Origin: Eremomyces bilateralis CBS 781.70
Lineage: Eukaryota
Reading direction: 5' to 3' (one strand)
Assembly (NCBI GenBank): GCA_010015585.1
Contig: ML975166.1
Length of the DNA: 64,000 bases
Part shown: in pieces, positions 49,981 through 62,473 of the stretch
Layout of the letters: every line of letters begins with the position of its first letter
Position numbering within the stretch: the stretch's first letter is position 1
Program-made: the position numbers and the translations under genes
The notes under the pieces: generated by a model
Seen by the model: only the letters and a program-made list of their open reading frames with translations
Databases searched by the model: none
Told to the model about the DNA's origin: nothing

Positions 49981-52900
49981 ATGGATGACCTCGAGAATCT
50001 CGAGTACCTTTCCTTGGTCTCCAAGGTCACATCCGAGATCAACAACCATATGGGTTTGAGCGACAAGACGTTGGCAGAGTTCGTGATTGACCAACATGCG
50101 CAATGCAACTCCCTTCCAGAGTTCAAGAAAACACTCTCTGGGCTTGGCGCCGACTTCCCGAACAGCTTAATCGAGAGCATCGACCGGCTCATCCTGACTT
50201 TACACCCGAAACATAAGAAATCTGCGGCGGCAAATCGATCAAGAGGCGATGAAGATGGCGGAGCGAACAAGAAGTCGCGAGTGTTCAAAGGCTTGGCTAT
50301 CCCCGACAAGGAGATCTCTTGGGAGAATAAGAATCAGGGGAACGACAAGAAAACAAAGTCGTCAGGGCTGGATGAGTTGGATGATACATTCGCCCAACTT
50401 GAAAGTCTTGCTGGGGAAAGGAAGACTAAGCACCCGGAACCTTCTTCGAAACGTCGCAGTCCTTCGCCAAAGCCAGACTATGATTATACCTTCGATATCT
50501 TGGAAGGCCTGGAAGCAAAAGCTCGGAAAGGTCACAATGGAGGTTCAAGAAAACGAAGCGTCAGCCCAGAGCGGGAAGACCGCGACAAAAGGAGCAGCAA
50601 GCGGTACCGGCAACGGTCCAGGTCAAGAAGCCGAAGTCCTCGTGGTTCTAAATATGCGCGAGACGGACCCGGATACGTCGATGAATTTGGAAGGACAAGG
50701 AAGGAGAGCGGGCGACATACGGACCGAAATGGAAGACGAAGACACCGTGACGACAGTGAGGACCGCTTTACAAAGCCACCACCGCCCGAGATCGACGACA
50801 GTCCTACCCTATACAAAATCTACACAGGCCGCGTTACTGGTATGAAAGAGTTTGGAGTGTTCGTCAACCTCCAAGGCGTCAAAGGACGGGTTGATGGTCT
50901 TGTCCATGTGTCCGCAATGCAAGAAGGTGCTAGAGTCAACGACCCGGCCGATCTTGTGTCGCGGAACCAGGAGGTCAAAGTCAAGGTTATGAAGATTGAG
51001 GGCAACCGGATCAGCCTATCCATGAAGGAGGTTGACCAGGTCACAGGCCGTGATCTTGCACCAGGGAAGCGGCTTGCGTCCGGTGCAAATATGGAGGGTT
51101 TGGGTGGTATGGACAGCAATTCGGGCAGATATGGCAACCTTGCGTCCGAAATCCCAATCGTCGATGATAACATGAACGGCAAACCCAATCGGCAAAGGAA
51201 ACGGATGACCTCCCCAGAGCGGTGGGAGATCAGGCAATTGATCGCATCTGGCGTAATCAAAGCGGAGGACTATCCCGACCTCGATGAAGACTACAACGCG
51301 GCCTTTAACGGGGAGATCGAAGAGGAGGAAGACATCGATATTGAAGTAAAGGAAGAGGAGCCTCCGTTCTTAGCGGGTCAAACGAAGCTTTCGTTGGAGC
51401 TATCGCCGATCCGCATTGTCAAAGCCCCCGAAGGCTCGATGAATCGAGCAGCCATACAAGGAGATGTCTTGGCCCGAGAACGAAAAGATCTGCGTCAACA
51501 GGAAGCACAAGACACTGCTGCCCAGCGAGCGTCCCAAGTAGACTTGAATGCGCAGTGGCAGGACCCGATGGTCTCCTCAGCGGAACGAAAGTTTGCGAGC
51601 GACTTGAGGTCCGCTGCCCCGCGACCGACGAACGAGCCGTTGCCCGAATGGAAACGCATCACGCAAGACAAAGAACAGTCCTTTGGCAAACGAACCTCGA
51701 TGACGATCAAGGAACAGAGGGAAACATTGCCGGTGTTTAAATTTAGGAAGCAACTTCTTGAAGCGGTGAAGCAACATCAGTTGTTGATTGTCGTCGGTGA
51801 TACCGGGTCGGGGAAGACGACCCAGCTCCCGCAATACCTCGCCGAAGGTGGATATGCTAATGAAGGCGTGATTGGATGCACTCAGCCGCGCCGCGTCGCC
51901 GCCATGTCTGTTGCCCAGCGTGTCTCCGATGAAGTCGGATGCAAGGTAGGGCAGGAAGTGGGATACACAATTCGATTCGAAGACTGCACAAGCCCCGAAA
52001 CCCGCATCAAATACATGACGGATGGTATCATGCAAAGAGAGATCTTGTTGGATCCCCTACTGAGCAAATACTCCGTGATCATGCTGGACGAGGCGCACGA
52101 GCGGACGATCGCGACCGACGTGCTGTTTGGATTGTTGAAGAAGACGTTAAAGAAAAGGCCTGACTTGAAGTTGATTGTCACGTCCGCCACTCTTGACGCA
52201 GACAAGTTTTCGGAGTATTTTAACAAATGTCCGATCTTCTCCATTCCCGGACGAACCTATCCGGTTGAAATTATGTACTCGAGGGAGCCCGAGTCGGATT
52301 ATCTCGATTCTGCATTGACAACCGTCCTCCACATCCACCTTTCCGAAGACGCCGGAGACATTCTTCTTTTCTTGACCGGTAAAGAGGAGATCGATACAAG
52401 TTGCGAGATCCTGTACGAGCGGATGAAAGCGCTGGGTCCCAGTGTGCCGGAGCTGTTGATTCTCCCAATCTACGGCGCATTACCAGGCGAAGTGGCCAGC
52501 CGTATATTTGACCCGGCTCCGCCCGGTACTCGCAAGGTCGTCATTGCGACGAACATCGCCGAAACGTCTATCACTATCGACGGCATTTTCTATGTCGTGG
52601 ATCCTGGTTTCGTCAAACAAACCGCCTACGATCCAAAGCTGGGAATGGACCGACTGCAAGTCACCCCCATCTCCCAGGCACAGGCGAAACAACGCTCGGG
52701 GCGAGCTGGACGGACTGGACCTGGGAAATGTTTCCGTCTATATACCGAAGCCGCATTCCAATCGGAGATGATCCCGACCACGATCCCAGAAATCCAACGG
52801 CAAAACTTGAGCAACACGATTCTGATGTTAAAGGCGATGGGGATCAACGACCTGTTGCACTTCGATTTCATGGACCCTCCACCCACGAACACCATGTTGA

Positions 52901-53724
52901 CGGCTTTGGAAGAGCTCTATGCGCTGTCTGCATTGGATGATGAAGGCTTGTTGACGAGGCTCGGGAGGCAAATGGCGGATTTCCCTATGGATCCCGGCCT
53001 GGCGAAAACGCTGATCATCTCCGCCGACATGGACTGTTCAGACGAGATGCTCACCATCGTGTCCATGATCTCCGCCGTCCAAACCGTCTTCCACCGCCCC
53101 AAGGAAAAGCAACAACAGGCTGATCAGAAGAAATCCAAATTCCACGACCCCCACGGCGATCACTTGACCCTCCTCAACGTCTACAATGGCTGGAAACTTT
53201 CGAAGTTCTCCCAAGCGTGGTGCTTCGAGAATTTCATCCAACCGCGTTCGATGCGCCGGGTCCAGGACGTTCGCCAACAGCTCGTCACCATCCTCGACCG
53301 CCACCGGCTCCGTATCATCTCGTGCGGCCGTAACTCCATCAAGGTGCGGCAAGCCCTCTGCGCGGGCTTCTTCCGCAACTCTGCGCGCAAGGACCCGCAG
53401 GAGGGGTACAAGACGCTCGTGGAGGGCACGCCCGTCTACATGCACCCGTCGTCCGCGCTGTTCGGGAAGCCCGCCGAACACGTCGTGTATCACATGCTGG
53501 TTGAGACGACGAAGGAGTACATGCACCACGTCACGGCCATCGAGCCGAAGTGGCTGGTCGAGGCGGCGCCGACATTCTTCAAGGTCGCGCCGACGGATCG
53601 GCTGAGCAAGCGGAAAAAGGCAGAGAGGATCCAGCCGTTGCATAATCGGTTTGCGGGGGAGGATGATTGGCGGTTGTCGGCGCAGAGAAGACAAGGGAGA
53701 GGCGGTGGTGGTACTTGGGGATAG
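49981..53724 (+). CDS. PRP22: Pre-mRNA splicing DEAH-box helicase Prp22
   Basis: MDDLENLEYLSLVSKV, RS-rich region, S1 domain, GDTGSGKTTQ, DEAH, SAT, QRSGRAGR, HA2/OB-fold. Single 1247-codon exon. Confidence 0.97.
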   Translation: MDDLENLEYLSLVSKVTSEINNHMGLSDKTLAEFVIDQHAQCNSLPEFKKTLSGLGADFPNSLIESIDRLILTLHPKHKKSAAANRSRGDEDGGANKKSRVFKGLAIPDKEISWENKNQGNDKKTKSSGLDELDDTFAQLESLAGERKTKHPEPSSKRRSPSPKPDYDYTFDILEGLEAKARKGHNGGSRKRSVSPEREDRDKRSSKRYRQRSRSRSRSPRGSKYARDGPGYVDEFGRTRKESGRHTDRNGRRRHRDDSEDRFTKPPPPEIDDSPTLYKIYTGRVTGMKEFGVFVNLQGVKGRVDGLVHVSAMQEGARVNDPADLVSRNQEVKVKVMKIEGNRISLSMKEVDQVTGRDLAPGKRLASGANMEGLGGMDSNSGRYGNLASEIPIVDDNMNGKPNRQRKRMTSPERWEIRQLIASGVIKAEDYPDLDEDYNAAFNGEIEEEEDIDIEVKEEEPPFLAGQTKLSLELSPIRIVKAPEGSMNRAAIQGDVLARERKDLRQQEAQDTAAQRASQVDLNAQWQDPMVSSAERKFASDLRSAAPRPTNEPLPEWKRITQDKEQSFGKRTSMTIKEQRETLPVFKFRKQLLEAVKQHQLLIVVGDTGSGKTTQLPQYLAEGGYANEGVIGCTQPRRVAAMSVAQRVSDEVGCKVGQEVGYTIRFEDCTSPETRIKYMTDGIMQREILLDPLLSKYSVIMLDEAHERTIATDVLFGLLKKTLKKRPDLKLIVTSATLDADKFSEYFNKCPIFSIPGRTYPVEIMYSREPESDYLDSALTTVLHIHLSEDAGDILLFLTGKEEIDTSCEILYERMKALGPSVPELLILPIYGALPGEVASRIFDPAPPGTRKVVIATNIAETSITIDGIFYVVDPGFVKQTAYDPKLGMDRLQVTPISQAQAKQRSGRAGRTGPGKCFRLYTEAAFQSEMIPTTIPEIQRQNLSNTILMLKAMGINDLLHFDFMDPPPTNTMLTALEELYALSALDDEGLLTRLGRQMADFPMDPGLAKTLIISADMDCSDEMLTIVSMISAVQTVFHRPKEKQQQADQKKSKFHDPHGDHLTLLNVYNGWKLSKFSQAWCFENFIQPRSMRRVQDVRQQLVTILDRHRLRIISCGRNSIKVRQALCAGFFRNSARKDPQEGYKTLVEGTPVYMHPSSALFGKPAEHVVYHMLVETTKEYMHHVTAIEPKWLVEAAPTFFKVAPTDRLSKRKKAERIQPLHNRFAGEDDWRLSAQRRQGRGGGGTWG

Positions 53725-54342
53725 ACCAGCAGTTGATTGGAATGAAGAGGGCATATATTAGTACAATTTCTGGAGACCTTGCGGTTCAGAAAGAGGGCGT
53801 AGTCGTCCGAAGCGTTCATCTCATAGTGCTTCTTGTCAGGGGAACAGAGTCCTGGCACTGCAAATCTCATTGGCTGAAATTCCAGGTCTCCAATACTCTT
53901 CTCCAATACTTGTCTTCATAGAGGGCAAGGCTAAGATGTCACTTCTCAGTCTGCATGAATCAATCTATGAAAGTCTGCCAATAGCATTCAGTGGCCTTCG
54001 CTTAATATGGTCGCCGCATTTAAAGCTGTTTGGGTAGAGAAGAATCCGAAGTGCGTTCTGCTTTCCATCTTGCTTTCCTACTAACTAACTACTAGTATTT
54101 ACAAAGTAGTGTTTTAGGTAAGAATCTGAGACAGATCTATTATGAAGCCCCGCATTGATATAACTACGCCAAATTTGACTCGGGATTGATGTATGTGGTC
54201 GTCTGTTTCCATCCGTGTAGCTGATATACAGCAGTGTGTTCCGTAAATGCAGTGACTTGATATCTCATGGGTTTACCCCACTACGCTCCTTCACACATCT
54301 ACATCCCACAGCATCAACACCTCTATATATCCTACTGATATC

Positions 54343-55158
54343 ATGTCTTCAGCCATGAATTACACCGACCCCGTCACTAATCGTCCTCTCCCCCCTGAAA
54401 CGATCCAACGCGTCCTATACATCGCCAACGCCGTGCACGTCTACCAAATCCCCCCCATCACCTCCGCCTCTGGTTTCAAAGCCGCCTCGTGGACCAGCAA
54501 CCCGAAATCCCACATCTTCACCGCCCGCCTCCGCATCATCGAAAACTCCGTCCCCGCCACCGCCCGCGCCCCCGAAAAGGTTGCCATCTACGCACTCCTC
54601 GAAGACGCCAAGGAGGCCACCCTCTTCGCCGCGTGCCCGTATCTCCACCCCAGCAGCATCGAGCAGGCGCAGGACAGCTCGCGGTTCTTCGCGGTGCGTG
54701 TTGTGGGCGATGGGGGGATGAAGGCGACGTTGGGGATCGGGTTCGAGGAACGGCCCGAGGCGTTCGATTTCAGCGTGGCGTTGCAGGACGTGAGACGGCA
54801 GTTAGACATGGACGTAGCACAGGGTCCCGGAGCCCGAGGTAAGGCCAGTGGACGCGCCGCGCCGTCAACGGCTGCGGAGGAAAAGAAGGATTTCAGTCTG
54901 AAAGAGGGTGAGACCATCACCATAAATCTAGGGAACAAGACCCGGACCTCGAGCGGGCAGGGGTTTGGCTCCGCCGACGCGGTTCAAGAGCAGCGAGCGT
55001 TGTTTTCCCTTGCACCTCCACCTACGGGAGGGGTCAATACCGGTACTCAGAGGTCGAGTTGGGGCCCATCGAGCTTTCCATCGCCACCGAAAGCTCCGGA
55101 CAAGAAAGAGGCCGAGGAGTTTGGGTTTGATGATGGGGAATTTGGAGAGTTCCAGTGA
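54343..55158 (+). CDS. NECAP-like adaptin ear-binding protein (DUF1681)
   Basis: VHVYQIPP...GFKAASW, FAACPY, DSSRFFAVRV, LGIGFEERPEAFDFSVALQD, DFSLKEGETITINL, and C-terminal FDDGEFGEFQ. Confidence 0.9.
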   Translation: MSSAMNYTDPVTNRPLPPETIQRVLYIANAVHVYQIPPITSASGFKAASWTSNPKSHIFTARLRIIENSVPATARAPEKVAIYALLEDAKEATLFAACPYLHPSSIEQAQDSSRFFAVRVVGDGGMKATLGIGFEERPEAFDFSVALQDVRRQLDMDVAQGPGARGKASGRAAPSTAAEEKKDFSLKEGETITINLGNKTRTSSGQGFGSADAVQEQRALFSLAPPPTGGVNTGTQRSSWGPSSFPSPPKAPDKKEAEEFGFDDGEFGEFQ

Positions 55159-56001
55159 TGTTGCTGAGAAGGTTCTCCTCTATCTCAACGGAGTGGTTGA
55201 GAGCCATTCCGGATTTTGGCGTTTTTCAAGACTTCAATTGGGTCGATGATACCTGCCTGCATTGATCTAACTCCATGGAGTACTGAATATGGTCCTTGAT
55301 TTTTACACTACCACTTAATCCTTCCCCATCCCACGGAATTGATGCGTCCAAGTATGTACAGAAAACTGTAGACTGATGACTGGCTATAAGAAACCATATA
55401 TCATGCTTGCCAGATGCTCTTCACATAGAGTACAAATCCAAAGGCTCCTCAGAAGTTATACTTCCAAACACTCAAGCAATAGTTCCCGATGGTTGTCCTT
55501 TCCCGTCAAATCGGACTCCCCTAGCAGCATATAGTCAAGGCCCTACGGACAACATCTAGGGACACATCCAATGGCTGACCAGGCTATTGAAAGCCAAGAT
55601 ACCTATCTCGGGGGTGCTGGTTATAATCGATGCATACTGAGAGATAGAATTCCTCCATGGTTTCAGACAATGGTTGACAGTTTATGTTCCGTGTCCAACT
55701 AGATGACGGGATTGTATCCTCCATCTCCCAATTAGTATCATAGAATCAATCAAAATGCAGCACTCATGACGATGCAGACTAATTGTTAACCAATTGTGAG
55801 GCTTCATATATATTAAAAGGGCATGCTGATTGGACGAATTAACTGATATATTCCAGGACAATGGCATCTGGATTGGCGATGATTGGACTGGTGTCACATA
55901 GAGACAGCTACTGAGAAGTAATCTAGAAGGCATTATTGATGATGATTGCTTCCGCCTTTGTAAATGTGCATCAAACTCTTCTGTGGTCAGACATCACGAA
56001 A

Positions 56002-56782
56002 ATGAAGGCGTCCTGGATCGTGTTTCTACCGTCTTTGGTATCTGCGCACTGTACGTCTGAAATACTGGGTAACGAGAGGCATGCTCACTGGTAACAGACA
56101 CATTCCCGGTCTTGAACAAGACGCCAGACTGGTCTCATGTCCGGCAAACAGCCAACGATGGCTCCGCTGGGAACTTCCCCATCACCGATCTGGACTCCCC
56201 AATGATGAGATGCTTCGAGAAGAGCGGCCATGAGCCTGCAAGTACGCTTGACGTGCAAGCTGGTCGGACACTGACCTTCACGGCATCGAATGGACTCGGA
56301 CACCCAGGGCCGTTCTTGCTGTATATGGCAAAAGTCCCTTCAGGCCAAAAAGCAAGCTCGTGGGATCCGAGTGGGAATGTGTGGTTCAAGATCCAGGAAT
56401 ATGGTCCGAAGGTCACGGCCCAGGGCTATCAATGGGAGATCAATGGATCAACCAGAGACGTGCCGGTGACGATCCCGAAGGACGTACCGTCAGGAGAGTA
56501 CCTGCTCCGGGTAGAACATATCGCGATCCATATTCCGGAGACACCGCAGATATACATCTCGTGTGGCCAGATCAATGTTCAAGGCGGTGGAAACGGCCAG
56601 CCTAAACCATTGGTAGCCTTTCCCGGGGCGTATTCAAAGAATGACCCTGGAATTGCCGTATACAGGCAATGGGACAGCGTGTGAGTTGTATCCAATGGCC
56701 GAGAAACCCAGACATGCTGAATGAGTACAATAGGCCGTCGGAGAACGTTCCGATGCCTGGACCACCAGTGTGGAAGGGTTAG
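56002..56782 (+). CDS. AA9 lytic polysaccharide monooxygenase
   Basis: Signal peptide ending VSA|H (His1), HPGP, WFKI, PSGEYLLRVEHIAIH, QIYISCGQI, FPGAY..DPG, PMPGPPVW. Confidence 0.92.
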
Positions 56783-57590
56783 TACCTGAAGGTTGGAATC
56801 TAGCAGCGAAAAATACCAATTCCAGAGACATTTAAAGGCAAGAAACCTGAGCAAAAGCAATGGAATGGGCAGGAGAAAGAGCATCTCGATTCATGTTTGT
56901 ATAAAGCATCCATCAGGTCATCGTGGCTAGTCGGAGCATGTTGCATGGCGGACCCGTGTGCTGCGTCGACGTAAAAGGAATCGACTGAACACCTGAAATT
57001 AGCATTGTCATTGCTTCTGTATAAGCCATCTGGTGGTGGAATATAACTCAAAGCAATTGGGCTATCCGACATTGAACTTTTGATTGACGACAGGCAGTCT
57101 GAACTCTGAACTCTGAAGATGAGTGTGGATCGGACTCCACATAATGATTGCTAACACGTGACCGGAGTAGAGCTCTACTCTACCCCAGATGCCGGAAACC
57201 GGAGATGATAGTCCGGGGTTGAGAACCAGTTCGGTTGCTTTCCCCAGAGCAACCATTCGATCCCTTGATTCCGTCTCGTCCATCTGGCTCCCGCTGTGGA
57301 ATTCGCAATTCATGCTCTGTCGCCTCCCTATTGTACCTGGGTGTACCTATAAAGGCCGAAATGCCCGCAAAACTACTCCGTAGGCCGATCCAGTAACCCG
57401 TCACATCGATGTGAATCGCAGCCTGTGGGGCGTCTCCCGCTGGACCTCGCGGATACCCTCGGCTTTCGTCGTCCGTCGGTTTAGCGCGAATGGTATCTTG
57501 ATCGGAAAATCGACGTTTGGGATCCTGAACAACAATTTACCATTTAGGTGATATATTCGCAAAACGGTTTGGAGGTTGTCAGTAATCGGT

Positions 57591-58867
57591 ATGGCAGCAG
57601 TATGCAGGGCGTTACGCCCATTACGGTCAGAGCTACCTCGATCCGTTTTCAAGCCCCAGCCTTCCTCAAGAGCCTTCTCGAACTCGAGGGACCTGAAAAC
57701 ATCATGGGGATTCATTGGTCTGGGAAGAATGGGTAATTAACAGTGTCTTATATCATCTTTCGAGCCAGTCACTGACGAGTTCGTAGGATATGCCATGGCC
57801 AAGAATCTCCGAGCCAGGATTCCGGCTGAGGACGTGTTGATCATCCAAGATATCAACACGGCTGCAACCAAGCAATTTGTGGAAGAGGCGGGAATCCAGA
57901 AGATTAAAGTTGCAGACACCGTACGGCAGGTTGCTGAAGAAGCTGTAAGTTGAGATCGTGCTATTCATGCCGCGTCAAGCGCTCCATTTCCCCTGCTTTC
58001 CTAGTCATTTGGCTACGCTGGGGCGCAAGCCCCTCACATGATAACAACCTTGTTTAACCAATCTTCTGAATTGAATCCCTCTATCATGCTTTCGACATTA
58101 TATATAACTCCCGCCTGACGTGATCCTAGGAAACTATCATCACGGCACTCCCTGAACCGCAGCATGTCAAGGCCGTCTATTCCGCAATGCTGGATCCGCC
58201 CACTCTTCTCACTAGTACCTCTATTCAATCTCCTCGTCTGTTCATTGATAGCTCTACTATCGACATCACGACCTCCGCCGAGGTCGCCGCGCTTGCCCAG
58301 GGAAGCAAGCAAGGCATCTTTATCGACGCCCCGATGTCGGGCGGCGTAGTCGGAGCGCAAGCCGGCACCCTCTCATTCATGGTCGGATGTGAACCGGAGC
58401 ATCTGGAGCGCGCCAGCGCAGTCTTGATGATGATGGGAAAGCGCGTGCTCCACCTCGGCCGTCAAGGGGCCGGGTTGAAGGGGAAGTTAGCGAACAACTA
58501 CCTCCTTGCGTTGAACAATCTCGCGACTGCCGAAGCCATGAACATGGGCGTCCAGTGGGGATTGGAGCCGAAGGCGTTGGCGAACATGATCAATCTTTCC
58601 ACCGGCAAGTGCTGGCCGAGTGAGGTGAACAATCCGGTTCCCGGAGTGGTTGAAGCCGCGCCATCCAGTCGAGGCTATGAGGGCGGATTTGGAGTTGGGT
58701 TAGCCAACAAGGACCTGAAATTAGCGTTGAAAGATGCCCATGAAGCCGGAGTCAAGATCGTGCTGGGCGATGTCGCAAAGCAACTCTATGACGCTGTTGA
58801 GAAGGATGAGAAGTGCAAAGGCAGGGATTTCTCGGTCGTTTATAGGTATCTCGGCGGAAAGGAATAA
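57591..58867 (+). CDS. Mitochondrial 3-hydroxyisobutyrate dehydrogenase
   Basis: Presequence, WGFIGLGRMG, intron, YAMAKNL, FIDSSTID, DAPMSGGVVGA..GTLSFMVG, KLANNYLL, NNPVPG, KDL. Confidence 0.93.
57960..58075 (+). ncRNA. Candidate intronic box C/D-like snoRNA
   Basis: Lies in a 185-nt intron (57945-58129). GGGGC-GCAA-GCCCC GNRA hairpin (58020-58033), C'-like ATGATA (58038), D-box CTGA (58066-58069). No canonical C box found. Confidence 0.35.
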
Positions 58868-59153
58868 GCTGTATAGCACAAAAATGAATGTACTCTTTTC
58901 CAGCAGCATTCTTCTGTTAATATTAGAAGCAAATCAGGCAATAACATAAATCAACCTTCATAATCCGAACTTGAATGTTCATGTGGATGTCAACCGCAGA
59001 ACGCCACCGACAAGGATGTGGGGTCGATCAGCTTCATCGCCAGTTCAAGATTAAAACCTTCAGCGTCTATAGTAAACAAATCCAACGACCACCCCAATCC
59101 CCCGAAAGGAATTCAAAATACCCACGTCCTTAGATGGTACATGCAAAACGATC

Positions 59154-60252
59154 ATGAGCAATCAATGCGAACTTCCCGATGCGCCGTCGGACGCCATATC
59201 TGCGGTCAGATTCTCTCCCTCGTCCACCAAGCTGCTCGTTTCGTCATGGGACAAACACGTCTATCTTTATGATGTGTCGAAGGAAGCTGGAGACAGTCCT
59301 CGACTGATACAGAAGTTCGAGCATCGTGCGCCTGTCCTCGATGTCTGCTGGGGGAAGGATGATTCGGAAGCATATAGCGGAGGGCTGGACTGGGATGTCC
59401 GAAGGTAAAATGAATGCGCGCCATCTATGCGGTATGGATCTAACGTTCTTCCACTACAGAATCGACCTGAAGTCAAGCGAACAGACCGTACTCTCTTCCC
59501 ATTCCTCCGCCGCCAAGTCCCTAGCCTTCTCCGCTTCCCATAACATCCTCGTCTCCGCATCATGGGACTGCACCCTCCACATCCACCACATCGGCACCAC
59601 CACCACCCCCGCCACGATCCCCCTCCCACACAAGCCCTTCTCTCTCTCCCTTTCCCCCACCCGCCTCGTCGTCGCCATGGCCTCCCGCCAGCTCCACATC
59701 TACGACCTCCCCGCCCTCTCCGCCCTCTCTGCGCAAGCCTCCCAAGCCCCGCCCAACACCCTCGAGCTCGAGCCGTGGCAGCGCCGCGAAAGCAGCCTGA
59801 AGTTCATGACGCGGGCCGTCGCGTGCATGCCGAACGATGAGGGGTATGCGTCGAGCAGCATCGAGGGGCGTGTGGCGGTGGAGTGGTTCGACCCGTCAGT
59901 GGAGTCGCAGGCGCGGAAGTACGCCTTCAAGTGCCATCGGCAGACGGTGGATGGCGTGGATGTGGTGTATCCAGTGAATGCGCTGTCGTATCATCCGGTG
60001 TATGGCACGTTTGCGAGCGGGGGTGGGGATGGGGTCGTGGCATTGTGGGATGGGGTGGCGAAGCGGAGGATTAAGCAATATCAGAAGTACTCGGCGAGTG
60101 TGGTGGCGTTGGCGTGGAATGGGGATGGGACGCGGTTGGCAGTGGGGGTCAGTCCAGGATTTGAGGATGGCAAGGAGGTGGAGGAGGGTGTCATCAAGAT
60201 CTACATCAGGGAGGTCGCGGAAGGCGAGGCGAAGGGGAAGGGAGGGAAATAA
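59154..60252 (+). CDS. BUB3: Spindle checkpoint WD40 protein Bub3
   Basis: PSDAISAVRFSP..LLVSSWD, RESSLKFMTR, SSIEGRVAVEWFD, YAFKCHR, VYPVNAL, GTFASGGGDG. Confidence 0.92.
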
Positions 60253-60653
60253 TACTGGGGTTGCGTTCACACACAGCATGGATGGACAGAGGCGTTTCGT
60301 GAATGCATTCAATGATACCAGATGACCAAGGATATTTCTCTCCTATACAAGCTGGCGCGTTCCATCGGCAGGGCAAGGACATTCGATTTGCTTCAACTTC
60401 GAAACTTCTTCGTGTTTGGCTCGCGTGAACTCGGGCCTCCAGTCTTCTAGTCTCCCGGCAATCAGCATTCTCTAAAGCCAAATCTTGCTCTCTCTGTCGT
60501 GATCCGTATGAGGATACATCGTTCAGAGGTCATCCGCTGAGGCATACTGTTTTTCAGTCGGGCCGCCTTCCCCCAGGCGCCTTGTCTCTTGCTGGCACGG
60601 CTTAGGGGCTCATAGCCATAGAATCGTAACTCGGATCAAGTAGCGGATGCCAA

Positions 60654-61260
60654 TCACCCTCCATCGCCCAGGTCTTCGTCATCCTCTTCATCATCGTCAT
60701 CATCATCAACATTCAACCCCTCCCCACCCCTCCCCACCTCCTTCCCCAGTCCCAAAACCCCCATCACCACATCATCCCCCTCCACCCCCGTCGCCCGCCC
60801 CACGATCTTCTTCGCCCGCCTCACTACCTCCTCCTCCGCCTTCCGGATCGTCCCGCTCACCCGCACCACCCGCACCACGACGCTGCCCCGCACGGGTGCT
60901 GGTAACGACGTCGTGCACGTCAACGCCGCCCAGACGAGGCGAAACGCATGGCGCGGACAGCGGACGATGGCGGTGCTGGTGGCGGTGCTGAGGTATTTGA
61001 CTGCGCCGGGGTCAGTGATCCTCGTGGTGTGGAGGACGTCAGGGGTGGTTACCAGCTAATGTGTTCCCTACTTGGCCGAGGCCGATCTGGCCGAATAGCC
61101 CTTCGATGGCGTTGCGGATTGATTTGGATAGCAGTCCGGGCGTCAGGAAGTCGGAGGTCGGCCCATGGAATGCGAGCGCGGCTGGGAGGGCTCCGAGGGT
61201 TGGGTTGGAGGTGGGATAGAGGAACTCGACCACGAGATATCGGTTCTTGACTCGGACCAT
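60654..61260 (-). CDS. POP5: RNase P/MRP subunit Pop5
   Basis: MVRVKNRYL, exon 2 VKYLSTATSTAIVRCPRHA, VVRVVRVSGTIRKAEEE, and an acidic tail. Confidence 0.9.
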
Positions 61261-61584
61261 GGTGATAGGAATTTCAGTCTCCCCGGTTAATGATCACTAC
61301 ACATGATTGCTAGTGCATCGAAGTAAGAGTAGTATCTTCATAAACGATCTCAATGAAGTGCAACCTAAACGCTGTGTACATGCATGGATATCAACTTTAA
61401 AGTGGGTCGAGGTTTAATGCTGGACAACTTCCGACTCTGGCTTACTGTCCTGTCTGGTGATGTTGAATTTGAAAGTATACCAGTCAATTCAGTTCCTTAT
61501 AAGAATCTCGGAACTAGTGAATCACGGTTTAGGACCGAACTTCAGAAATCCGCAATTCTTATCTCCATCACATTTGGTTGCGTC

Positions 61585-62058
61585 ATGTCAAGCCGCGAGG
61601 GCGCGGCGAACGCGTCAACAGGCTCCCAAGGGGCGGCAAATGGAGGATCGCCTTCCACATACTTTGAGCAACAGAGAGCGATACTCGTTGGGGAGATATC
61701 TCAGGTACAGTGTTTAAGCCAAGTGATCGTTGGAACCTGGCGGTCCCCTAGCTGTAGTGTATCTAACGCCTGTGAAGAGTTTGGAACATACCCTACAGAA
61801 CCTGAACAAACTGAACCTCAGTCTGGAGAGCGTTATCCAGGTACGTCGTGTCTCACCTTGGGATATTATACGGGAGTCAAACCAGCTAACCGTAAGATAC
61901 AGGTTGGTAACGAGCTTGGATCGGTGGAAGCGCTATGGAGCCAGTTTGAGAACTTCATGGGCAAGGAGGAGCAGCGGGAGGACCAGGCAGATGAGACGGC
62001 CGTGAAAGAGGAAGAGGAGGAGGCTGGGCGGGATACGACCGAGGCGACATCTCAATGA
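61585..62058 (+). CDS. DAD1: DASH complex subunit Dad1
   Basis: YFEQQRAILVGEISQ / SLEHTLQNLNKLNLSLESVIQ / VGNELGSVEALWSQFEN; two introns. Confidence 0.9.
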   Translation: MSSREGAANASTGSQGAANGGSPSTYFEQQRAILVGEISQVQCLSQVIVGTWRSPSCSVSNACEEFGTYPTEPEQTEPQSGERYPGTSCLTLGYYTGVKPANRKIQVGNELGSVEALWSQFENFMGKEEQREDQADETAVKEEEEEAGRDTTEATSQ

Positions 62059-62473
62059 AGGCTGCGTTGCTTACGAAATGATACCCCCGAGGCGTGTTCA
62101 TGGATCGTCCGATCGCGACGACGGTACGGGCCGGCGTTCTGGTTTGAAAGATTTTGTATCGATTGATGATATGTACGACAGAAACCCATAGTCGTCAGTT
62201 CGCATGTCATCCATCCCCAGTCTTACACAGATGCGCCGATGTGACGCCGATAAATATGCACCGCCGAACTGCCCATCCATCCAAACCGCCCGATCATCGA
62301 ATGGTCATGCCATCCTCGCACACTGGCCGTCATCGAACTCGTTGGCCATATCCACGTAAACTACGTAAACCAATCGGGTGACTCACCAGGCTCCAACATG
62401 GCTGATTAAACTTCCTCCATCAAGGATGAAGCAGCGTGGGAAAGTGTCCAACACTATAACCCAAAGAGGTCGC

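Noticed and set aside
56515..56560. Short H-X5-QxY spacing in the AA9 second-sphere motif
   Set aside because: His1, the second His, Gln and Tyr are all present. The shorter loop looks like ordinary family variation.
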